Source: Candidatus Lokiarchaeum ossiferum | GTDB taxonomy: Archaea > Asgardarchaeota > Lokiarchaeia > Sigyniarchaeales > Promethearchaeaceae | Direction of reading: 5' to 3' | DNA length: 32,000 nt | Assembly (NCBI GenBank): GCA_025839675.1 | Contig: CP104013.1 | Location: 4,560,001-4,592,000, forward strand | In this document: piece by piece, positions 7,453 through 15,497 of the stretch | Numbering within the stretch: the stretch's first letter is position 1 | Layout: the number at the start of each line of letters is the position of its first letter | The notes under the pieces: generated by a model | Databases searched by the model: none | Told to the model about the DNA's origin: nothing | Seen by the model: the letters and a program-made list of their open reading frames with translations, nothing else | Program-made: the position numbers and the translations under genes

Positions 7453-8922
7453 GTGGAAATTAATGAAAAAAATGTAAGTTCTGCAGTGGATGATGTGCAG
7501 AATTTCAATTATAATACAAAACATCCTACATCCACAACTGTGTGTTTCGGATTTGGTGCGATGGCGGATCAGATGAGTCATCAAGCCTTTCAATTTTTAG
7601 TCTTTTCATATTATTATGCAGTTGTAGGTCTTAGAGTGGATGTTCTTGCAGGGGCGTTTATTTTATTTGCTATTTGGGATTCAATTAACGATCCTCTTCT
7701 TGGTCCTCTTAGTGATAGAACAAAATCTCGTTTTGGAAGGAGAGGTTTTTGGATTTTGGTTATAACTGTTCCCTTTGGATTAATAAATATATTTCTATTC
7801 ACCCCTCCAATGTTTTGGTCTAATTCAATTGATTCACCACTATGGAATACTGTTTATATGATCGTAATCATCATGTTGTATGATCTGTTTTATACGGTTT
7901 TCAGTTCCAATCAGTTAGCATTATTCCCAGAAATGTTTAAAACCGATAAAGCTCGCGCTCGCGCAAATAAATTTAAAAATATTATGACGATCGTGGGATT
8001 ATTATTGGGTTTCGTCTTCCCTACTGTCTTAATTGCTAATTTAGTTCCCACAGAGACAGTTTCAGCTCAAGAAGTCAATTCCATGTACGTTACTACAGGG
8101 ATTGTTATTTGCATTTTGGTTGTTATCTTTGGATTCTTATTCTTTAAGTTCGGTATGAAAGAAGATCCTACGCACATAACCAAACCGGATGAAATGTTAG
8201 GAATCTTTGAATCCCTAAAAATTACTTTGAAGAATAAAACTTTCTTGATTTTTGTTTCAGCAAATCTCTTTGTTTGGTTTATCTTTAAAATGTTGACAAC
8301 TATTATTTCTCTCTATGGGATTCATGTGTTGGGGATCACTGATGGAAACATATTACTCACTGTAATGCTTTTAGCTGCTTTTCTTACGGCCGCTGCAATG
8401 TTTCCTTTTATGGAATGGTTAGGAAATAAATTCGGAATGCGAAAAGCCTTTATGATGACCACATCATTTTGGATCCTTGCGTTGGTTCCATTCTTCTTTT
8501 TGGATAATCTTCCAATCCTGGCAATTGTATGTATGATGTTTGTTGGAGTTGGGTTAAGTGGAACGATGTTCTTTGTGGATATTATTATTGGGCGTGTTAT
8601 TGACGAAGATGAATTAAAAACGGGACGCCGACGTCAAGGTGCATATTATGGGGTAAATGCATTAATTAACCGTTACAGTACGATTCTTGTATTTTTAGCT
8701 GTGGCAGGAGTTCTTTCTGGCTATGGGTGGGGAGAATATATTGTAGGGGCATCCTTGGAAGAAGCAAGTGGTATTGCGAGTGGATTAAAACTTTTAATGT
8801 CACCGATATCAATCGTAGGACTTTTGATGGTACTATTCTTTCTATGGAAATTTCCGCTACATGGAAAGCGGTGGGAAGAAGTCCAACGCCAATTAAAAGA
8901 AAAACGGGCTCAAAATCAATAA
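7453..8922 (+). CDS. GPH/MelB-type MFS transporter, paralog 2
   Basis: 489 aa with the same signature WDSINDPLLGPLSDRTKSRFGRRGFW. Aligns along its full length to 1265-2731. GTG start. Confidence 0.85.
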   Translation: MEINEKNVSSAVDDVQNFNYNTKHPTSTTVCFGFGAMADQMSHQAFQFLVFSYYYAVVGLRVDVLAGAFILFAIWDSINDPLLGPLSDRTKSRFGRRGFWILVITVPFGLINIFLFTPPMFWSNSIDSPLWNTVYMIVIIMLYDLFYTVFSSNQLALFPEMFKTDKARARANKFKNIMTIVGLLLGFVFPTVLIANLVPTETVSAQEVNSMYVTTGIVICILVVIFGFLFFKFGMKEDPTHITKPDEMLGIFESLKITLKNKTFLIFVSANLFVWFIFKMLTTIISLYGIHVLGITDGNILLTVMLLAAFLTAAAMFPFMEWLGNKFGMRKAFMMTTSFWILALVPFFFLDNLPILAIVCMMFVGVGLSGTMFFVDIIIGRVIDEDELKTGRRRQGAYYGVNALINRYSTILVFLAVAGVLSGYGWGEYIVGASLEEASGIASGLKLLMSPISIVGLLMVLFFLWKFPLHGKRWEEVQRQLKEKRAQNQ

Positions 8923-8936
8923 TTTTTTACTTTTTT
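8923..8936 (+). terminator. Two T6 tracts immediately after GPH paralog 2
   Basis: TTTTTT at 8923-8928 and TTTTTT at 8931-8936, directly after TAA 8920-8922. Confidence 0.45.
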
Positions 8937-9121
8937 ACTTTCATTTTGTTTTGAATTTTTTATTTAATCTTCTAAGTTCATTTGAACAATATTCAATCAT
9001 GAAATGTGAATATGGTCAAACCGCTACAAAATCAGTAGGTTGGTAAATTGATTGGCTTGTGGAAACATGGAGGGGACTTATATACTTAGAAAAGTGGAAA
9101 AAAATGTAATTGATGAAAAAA

Positions 9122-10564
9122 TTAAGATAAATCTGCAAGGGCTTCTTTAAAGGATTTTTCAAAGAGTTGACAGATTTTTTCGGTCTCATCATCGGAAATA
9201 ATTAAAGGAGGTTTAATTTTTAGCACATTGCGCATCATTTCGCCACTCGGTTTTAAGATGGGCATACATTCACCAAACATTATATTGTTTTTCATTCCTT
9301 TTTCAATGATTTTTTCTGTTAATTCATTATTAGGTGCTCTCGATTCTGCGTCTTGGACTAATTCTATTCCAATAAATAATCCTGGTCCTCTTATGTCTCC
9401 AATTTGAGGATATTTGGTTTGCATTTCTTTAAGGAATTGAGTTATTTTTGCTCCTTGTCTCGCAGCATTTTCTGGAATTTTTTGTTTTTGCAAAATTTCA
9501 ATTGTTACTAAAGACGCAGCCATTAATACGGGTGAAGATGAATAAGTGGTATGCTCCTCTGCTTCTGAAAGCATTTTTAATTTGGGTTTCGCAATACAAA
9601 TCCCAAGGGGATATCCACCAGCAGCTCCTTTGGTTGCTGCCAAAATATCTGGGGAAACATCTGCACCTGCTTGTTCACTTAGAAGTTCTGTCATCCACAT
9701 TTTTCCGGTCCGTCCAAAACCAGTTTGACATTCATCATAAATTAATTTCATCTTATTCCGGTTGCACACTTCTTTTAATCCAAGCAAAAATTCGACTGGG
9801 GCAGGAATTTGACCTCCTGCACCTTGGTTAGGTTCAATTAGTACGGCTGCAACTCCGGAGGTATGGAACGTTTCCAAATGTTGGGTAACAACAGCAAGGC
9901 ATTCTAAATTGCAATTGGGGTCCTTCTTCCCTTCGAGTCCGCATTTATATCCAAAAGGACATCGGTAACAATACGGGTACATGGTTTTCAAAAATCGATC
10001 GATTCCAAATGGACGGTACCGCATAGCCATCCCAATTTGTTGGGTGGCTCCAGATAATGCCAAACTCGATCCATGATAACCTCGCCAGAATGTTGCAATT
10101 TGATCTCCACCCTTCCGTGTATTGATATAGGCTGTCCGAATGGCACATTCAATCGCACCTCCCCCTCCTAAATTATTTAAAGCTATTTTTCCCCCCTTCA
10201 ATTGCCCCGGGGCAATATCAGCCAAACGATTAATTAATTTTACTCGAATAGGGGTCAAATAGCCATATCTAACATGTGTGCTGTGTTGTGCCTGAAGTTG
10301 AACTGCATAATTCACATCTGCTGGTGCGTGCCCTAAGTTCAAAGACCATGCTTGGGCGGTACAATCTAAAATAGGTTCTGTTTTACCTCGAAATTTAAAA
10401 TAAGCCGTTCCTCCTTTTCCAGGTTTTGTTGTACCTTCTATAATATCGTCTAATACTGGGACTAAGAGATGATTTTTACGACATTTTGCGATTTCTGCAT
10501 CAGTTAGCTCATTGTTGATTAATCCTTCAATTTCTTCCTTAGATAACCATTTTGTATCGAACAT
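9122..10564 (-). CDS. class-III (aspartate aminotransferase fold type I) PLP-dependent aminotransferase
   Basis: AQAWSLNLGHAPADV, GGGGAIECAIRTA, LIYDECQTGFGRTGKMW and ILAATKGAAGGYPLG (PLP lysine region). Length 480 aa. Confidence 0.85.
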   Translation of the reverse strand: MFDTKWLSKEEIEGLINNELTDAEIAKCRKNHLLVPVLDDIIEGTTKPGKGGTAYFKFRGKTEPILDCTAQAWSLNLGHAPADVNYAVQLQAQHSTHVRYGYLTPIRVKLINRLADIAPGQLKGGKIALNNLGGGGAIECAIRTAYINTRKGGDQIATFWRGYHGSSLALSGATQQIGMAMRYRPFGIDRFLKTMYPYCYRCPFGYKCGLEGKKDPNCNLECLAVVTQHLETFHTSGVAAVLIEPNQGAGGQIPAPVEFLLGLKEVCNRNKMKLIYDECQTGFGRTGKMWMTELLSEQAGADVSPDILAATKGAAGGYPLGICIAKPKLKMLSEAEEHTTYSSSPVLMAASLVTIEILQKQKIPENAARQGAKITQFLKEMQTKYPQIGDIRGPGLFIGIELVQDAESRAPNNELTEKIIEKGMKNNIMFGECMPILKPSGEMMRNVLKIKPPLIISDDETEKICQLFEKSFKEALADLS

Positions 10565-10687
10565 TTTTTTCTCTACTTTAGGTTTAACAGAAGAGGAAAA
10601 ATATCTTTCTTGAACATTTTTTTTACCTTGGCTAGTTAAATTACCAACAAAATTTTGAAATGCTTGAACATCTAATATAACTTTGAC

Positions 10688-12295
10688 ATGAAAAAAATGG
10701 ATGGAAACTTTGCCTTAATGCTTCATGCTCACATTCCTTATTGTCGGAAATCGGGGACATGGCCTGCTGGAGAAGAATGGTTATTTGAAGCCATGAATGA
10801 AACTTATATCCCCTTACTGTCGGTTTTTCGTCGATTTCAACAAAAAAATTTAAAACCTCACATTATGCTTGGTGTTGTGCCGATATTAGCGGAACAATTG
10901 GCTGATCCCTATATGAATGATCAATTTTGTGCTTATATGGAAGATAAAATTAACCGTGCAGAACAGGATATTGATCGATTTTCTCACGAAAAGAAGAAAC
11001 AAGCCGTAGCACAATTCCATAAAGATACTTTTGAGAGAACCTATAATACCTATAAAAACGATTTCTATCGTAATGTTATCGGAACTTTAAAATGGTTACA
11101 AGAAGAAGGTGTAATTGAAATTCTTACCTCAGCGGCCACCCATGGATTCCTCCCTTTGTTAGAATCTGATTCCGGAATATATTCCCAACTCAAAGTCGGA
11201 ATTCAAACCTATGAAAAAAATTTTGAGACTAAACCGAAGGGGATCTGGTTACCCGAATGTGCTTATCGTCCTCGAGACTGGTCTGAACGTTATAATTATG
11301 AGCGACGATCTATAGATGAATGGCTTGCAGATGAAGGGCTTTCCTATTTCTTTACGGAAGATATTGGGATTACTAATGCAGAATTCGTTGATAATAGACA
11401 TGGGGAATCTCATCCATCCACCTATCGGGGTTATAAACTCGAATCAGGAGTATGTGTGTTCGGGCGTAATTCGATAACGGGAAAACAAGTTTGGTCTCCC
11501 GAAATCGGGTATCCTGGTGATCCCTACTATCGAGAATTTCATCAAAAGGATTCTCAATCTGGGCTCCATTACTGGCGAATAACTGGAGACTCTCACAAGG
11601 ACATCTACGATCCTTCTCGTGCCAAAGAAAGTGTTCAAAATCAAGCGGAACATTTTACTTCATTGGTTTTAAACACATTAAAATCAAAAAGGGAGGAGAT
11701 TTCAAACTGTCTTCCCTTGATTATGTCTCCATATGATTGTGAATTATACGGCCATTGGTGGATGGAAGGTGTAGATTGGTTAGAGGCGGTATATCAACGT
11801 TTTGCAAAAATGCCTCAGATCAGAACGATCTCCCTTTCTACCTTGGTTGAAGAACAACAAGATAGTTTTTCTATCATTAAGATGCAACCCAGCACTTGGG
11901 GTGAAAATGGGGATTTTACTGTGTGGAATAATCCGGAACATGCTTGGTTATGGCCATATATCAATTCAAGCATCAAGGATTTTGAAGAAGTATTAAAACT
12001 CATTATTGATTCAAAACGCGTATATTCTCAAAGAGACAATCGAATTTTACGTCAATGTGCTCGAGAACTATTATTGATGGAAGGGTCTGACTGGCCTTTT
12101 CTTCTTTATACAAAACAGGCAAAAGAATATGCTAATCAGCGTTTTCATAATCATCATCAGCGATTTAACAAGTTACTTTGGGCTGCTAAAAATTTGGATG
12201 ATTTAAATCGAATCTCGGATGGAGAATTACATCAAATCGAGGAAATTGACAATCCTTGGCCAAATCTCGATTTCAATCTTTTTCAAGAAAAATAA
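10688..12295 (+). CDS. GH57-family 1,4-alpha-glucan branching enzyme
   Basis: FALMLHAHIPYCRKSGTWPAGEEWLFEAMNETYIPLL, nucleophile motif WLPECAY, acid/base region SPYDCELYGHWW, plus a helical C-terminal domain typical of GH57 branching enzymes. Confidence 0.9.
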   Translation: MKKMDGNFALMLHAHIPYCRKSGTWPAGEEWLFEAMNETYIPLLSVFRRFQQKNLKPHIMLGVVPILAEQLADPYMNDQFCAYMEDKINRAEQDIDRFSHEKKKQAVAQFHKDTFERTYNTYKNDFYRNVIGTLKWLQEEGVIEILTSAATHGFLPLLESDSGIYSQLKVGIQTYEKNFETKPKGIWLPECAYRPRDWSERYNYERRSIDEWLADEGLSYFFTEDIGITNAEFVDNRHGESHPSTYRGYKLESGVCVFGRNSITGKQVWSPEIGYPGDPYYREFHQKDSQSGLHYWRITGDSHKDIYDPSRAKESVQNQAEHFTSLVLNTLKSKREEISNCLPLIMSPYDCELYGHWWMEGVDWLEAVYQRFAKMPQIRTISLSTLVEEQQDSFSIIKMQPSTWGENGDFTVWNNPEHAWLWPYINSSIKDFEEVLKLIIDSKRVYSQRDNRILRQCARELLLMEGSDWPFLLYTKQAKEYANQRFHNHHQRFNKLLWAAKNLDDLNRISDGELHQIEEIDNPWPNLDFNLFQEK

Positions 12296-12314
12296 ACTAT
12301 GAACTCCAATTCCA

Positions 12315-12322
12315 TTTTTTTT
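12315..12322 (+). terminator. Oligo-T tract (T8) after the GH57 gene
   Basis: T8 run lies 20 nt after stop 12295. Confidence 0.45.
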
Positions 12323-12446
12323 ATTAATTGTTAGTCGTAGAACATCAATCTAACGAAAATTTACATTCTTTAAAAAATTGAACGAAATTGATCATTTTAT
12401 TTTACATTTCAAACCTTTTATAAGGATCTTGCTATAAATAAAAAAT

Positions 12447-14564
12447 ATGGAATCTAATCATTTTCTATGGAAAGTGGGATTTTTATCCATTATTTTTCTA
12501 TTCTTTTTACAACTTGCCACGTTCCTAATTGGTGCGATCTATTCTGTCAACCTACTTGGGTCTTCCCTAAATCTGTATGCTGCAGGAATCGCTTGGATGT
12601 TTTCATCTGGATTACTGATTTTTCTTCCCTTAAAAATCAAATTACTTAGGAAACCTGAACTATCTCAAAATTCATTTCTTTCCCGTTTAAATAAATTCTT
12701 TTTCCAGGGATCTTACGAAGAACCTTTGGTTTATCGAAGGATTTCTCAGATATTCGCTATTTTTGTAATTATTTTTCGCTTAATTTCACCTTGGTTAAAA
12801 ACTCGACCGACGATCATTTTTGCAGGCCTTGGAGTTGCGTTTTTCTTCTTGTTCTATCCCCTATACTTACTTCAAATTCCTAAAGATTTCCATAAAGAAG
12901 AAGGCCTTGCTCAGGGTATAAGTTTAGCTATTGCGACGCTATTATCTATTCTTTTTCGCACAATTGGTGCTTCTCTTGATTCTTCTATCTTTGGATGGAC
13001 TCAACTAATTGGATGGGTTTTGGGCATTATTTGCATGTTTGGAATTTTCAATTTTGGAAAAATTATTGAAATCGCGCCCCCTCAAGAAGAAAAAGTTTCA
13101 CTTCCCCCTTCGAGCAAGCAGCAAAACCACCGTAGTTTTTTAGCGAGTTTTTGCCTTCTAAATTTGTTCATTTTGATTGTTTTTGGATTTGAGAGTCCCA
13201 CAGTCTTCGCTCGCTGGACTCAAGGGAATTATATTGCTATTGTTGTAATTTTAGTGATTGTAATTCTGAGTCTAGTTATAGTTTCTGCCCTCAAGCCTGA
13301 TATTATCTCAAAGATACCTCAATGGGGGTTATGGGCATGGAATATCTTCTTCACCATTATGCTCGCCCTTACTATTATTGTGCATACCGTCTCTTTTCCT
13401 AGTGCTCCTGATTCGGCTGTTGTTGTTGTTGGATCTCCATATTGGTATCAGCAGATTCCTCTTTACATGATGCTAATTTCATCACCAATTATATTCCTAG
13501 ATATGGTTTTATTCTGCTCTCAATTGATCCATTCTTCCCCTAAACTCTCAACTTTAACTGGAAGTTTTACCCTTCATGGATTGTATTTTATCATCCTCAT
13601 TTTCATGGCTATTTTTACAAACGTCTGGGGTTATGTGAAACCGGTGAGTAATTTACTTCGAAATCTCTATTGGTTACCCTATTTAATTATCGGATTGGGG
13701 ATGATTGGTGGGGTTTTTGCCATAAATCTTACCCAACATCAATTCAATGTGATTTCAATTCCCAAAATTGGGAAACAAAGTATCGCTATCCTATCTTCAC
13801 TGGTTACTATTGGAATTATCATCAGCGCTTTTCTTGTGGTGCCTTCACCCGCTAGTGATGGCAACGAATCTATTTCGTCAATTACTGTTATGACATATAA
13901 TATTCAAGAAGGAAATAACCAATCGGCTGAAGCTAACTACGCAAGCCAACTCGAAGTAATTCAGAATTCGGGGGCTGATATTATTGCTCTGCAAGAGTGT
14001 GATACTACTCGGATTGGTCTTTGGAATAATGATCTTGTTCGCTATCTTGCTACTGCGCTCGATTATTACTCGTATTTTGGACCGAAAACTGTAACTGGGA
14101 CGTTTGGTACAGCAATTCTCTCCCGATTTCCAATCACTCGTGCTGAAACATTATTTTCTTACAGCAATAAGGATGAAACTGGGACTGCATATGCAACCGT
14201 TTTGATAAATAATGAAGAATTTCATATCTTCTCATCCCATCCGGATGGTAATGCTGATAATCACCGTGAACATATGAATGCAATTCTTGAGAAAATTGAA
14301 GATGAATCTCTGAATCACGTAATTTCAATGGGGGATTTTAATACAAGGCAAGATTCAGAATATTACAACATGTCCTTAACAATGCTAGATGATACATGGT
14401 TACGTGTTTATCCTACTGGTGTTGATGAATTTGGAAATAATATGACCCGGCGCATTGATCATATCTTTATATCTTCTGAATTTGAGGTTGAGAATGTTTG
14501 GGTTATTCCTGAGGGACCTTCCCAATCCGATCACAATGTATTCTGGGCAAAGCTTACGTGGTAA
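12447..14564 (+). CDS. polytopic membrane domain fused to a C-terminal endonuclease/exonuclease/phosphatase (EEP) domain
   Basis: About 460 aa of repeated hydrophobic helices come first. The EEP motifs follow: ITVMTYNIQEG, ADIIALQECD, IFSSHPD, SMGDFNT, RIDHIFIS, SQSDHNVFWAKL. Confidence 0.85.
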   Translation: MESNHFLWKVGFLSIIFLFFLQLATFLIGAIYSVNLLGSSLNLYAAGIAWMFSSGLLIFLPLKIKLLRKPELSQNSFLSRLNKFFFQGSYEEPLVYRRISQIFAIFVIIFRLISPWLKTRPTIIFAGLGVAFFFLFYPLYLLQIPKDFHKEEGLAQGISLAIATLLSILFRTIGASLDSSIFGWTQLIGWVLGIICMFGIFNFGKIIEIAPPQEEKVSLPPSSKQQNHRSFLASFCLLNLFILIVFGFESPTVFARWTQGNYIAIVVILVIVILSLVIVSALKPDIISKIPQWGLWAWNIFFTIMLALTIIVHTVSFPSAPDSAVVVVGSPYWYQQIPLYMMLISSPIIFLDMVLFCSQLIHSSPKLSTLTGSFTLHGLYFIILIFMAIFTNVWGYVKPVSNLLRNLYWLPYLIIGLGMIGGVFAINLTQHQFNVISIPKIGKQSIAILSSLVTIGIIISAFLVVPSPASDGNESISSITVMTYNIQEGNNQSAEANYASQLEVIQNSGADIIALQECDTTRIGLWNNDLVRYLATALDYYSYFGPKTVTGTFGTAILSRFPITRAETLFSYSNKDETGTAYATVLINNEEFHIFSSHPDGNADNHREHMNAILEKIEDESLNHVISMGDFNTRQDSEYYNMSLTMLDDTWLRVYPTGVDEFGNNMTRRIDHIFISSEFEVENVWVIPEGPSQSDHNVFWAKLTW

Positions 14565-14579
14565 CTTTCAAAAGAATTC

Positions 14580-14586
14580 TTTTTTT
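14580..14586 (+). terminator. Oligo-T tract (T7) after the EEP fusion gene
   Basis: T7 run lies 16 nt after stop 14564. Confidence 0.4.
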
Positions 14587-14679
14587 CCTTTCCTATTCCT
14601 TAATTCCATTATATTGATCATGATTATATTTGTATTTTGAAAGCTTAGTATCTTAAAAGCAATATATTTAAGTAAAAAT

Positions 14680-14688
14680 AAAAAAAAA
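14680..14688 (-). terminator. Oligo-T tract (T9 on - strand) after the hsp20 gene
   Basis: A9 on the + strand, equal to T9 on the - strand, 19 nt downstream of stop 14707. Confidence 0.45.
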
Positions 14689-14706
14689 TTACTAAAATTC
14701 ACTCTT

Positions 14707-15069
14707 TTAATTAATTGTTAACCTTTGTGCATCTTTATATGGATCTGGGCATTCTACTGGAACTTCTAATGTTAAAATCCCATTTTTATAATTGGCGGTG
14801 GGTTCTTTATCCAAAGTTGCTGTGCACGAGAACATATATTCTGAGATGTAATCTGTTTCAGCATTGCGATGTGCAATCATACGGACTCGATCCTTTGTTA
14901 CATCAAGATGGATCTTATCTTTATCCACACCTGGAATCTCAAAAGTCAGGGTTTCAACATTTTCTTTGTCATCTTCATCGGTACATCCGCAATCGCAAGT
15001 AGGACAGGCGGGTACCCATATTCTTCTCTTAAAACTAGTAGTTTTTTTTTCTTCATTTTTTTTATCCAT
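14707..15069 (-). CDS. hsp20: small heat-shock protein (Hsp20/alpha-crystallin domain) with an N-terminal Cys cluster
   Basis: ACD-like FEIPGVDKDKIHLDVTKDRVRMIAHR...ANYKNGILTLEVP, with N-terminal CPTCDCGC. ATG 15069 is preceded by AGGTGAT (15080-15074) with a 4-nt spacer. The track's GTG start at 15078 lies inside that SD motif. Confidence 0.75.
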   Translation of the reverse strand: MDKKNEEKKTTSFKRRIWVPACPTCDCGCTDEDDKENVETLTFEIPGVDKDKIHLDVTKDRVRMIAHRNAETDYISEYMFSCTATLDKEPTANYKNGILTLEVPVECPDPYKDAQRLTIN

Positions 15070-15282
15070 TTTAATCACCTAATTATTTGGTTATTTTGGA
15101 TTAATTGATCAATTAGTACAAAATCAACATCAAATAGGTTCACCTTACAGAATAAAAGGACTATCTGGAAATTACAAATAAGAAAAAAAAATCGGAGTTT
15201 TTAAGTAACTTTATGCAACAAAAGATAATTCTAAAACTTTCAATTCAAAGTCTAAATTGAATAAAATGGGAGATATATTTTA

Positions 15283-15495
15283 TTGAGCATAAATTTTAAC
15301 ATAGATGCACTTCTTAACAAATCTGGATTATCCAAAACGGAAATTCAAGGACTTTCTCAACTTTTTCAATTTGTACAATATTTATATGATGATGAAGGCA
15401 ATTTAACAAAAACGTTCAATTTGAATAAAAAGGCAAAGGATCTTCTCAATGACCGCGTGGAGGAATTATTTGAGTATAATATCCGGAATGATTGA
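15283..15495 (+). CDS. small hypothetical protein (70 aa), first gene of the Rad50-like/MoxR/VWA operon
   Basis: TTG start lies 8 nt after GGGAGAT (15268-15274). Its stop TGA 15493-15495 lies 2 nt before the next gene's ATG 15498. No motif recognised. Confidence 0.45.
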   Translation: MSINFNIDALLNKSGLSKTEIQGLSQLFQFVQYLYDDEGNLTKTFNLNKKAKDLLNDRVEELFEYNIRND

Positions 15496-15497
15496 AA

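Noticed and set aside
1265-8922. The two similar transporter genes as flanks of a mobile element or recent segmental duplication
   Set aside because: The nucleotide sequences differ at many synonymous positions, there are no terminal repeats, and no transposase or integrase lies between or beside them.
9945-10030. Cys-rich stretch YPYCYRCPFGYKCGLEGKKDPNCNLEC in the aminotransferase as a novel metal or Fe-S site
   Set aside because: As far as I recall, a CYRCP-type segment at this position is common in class-III aminotransferases. Without an alignment I cannot argue it is unusual.
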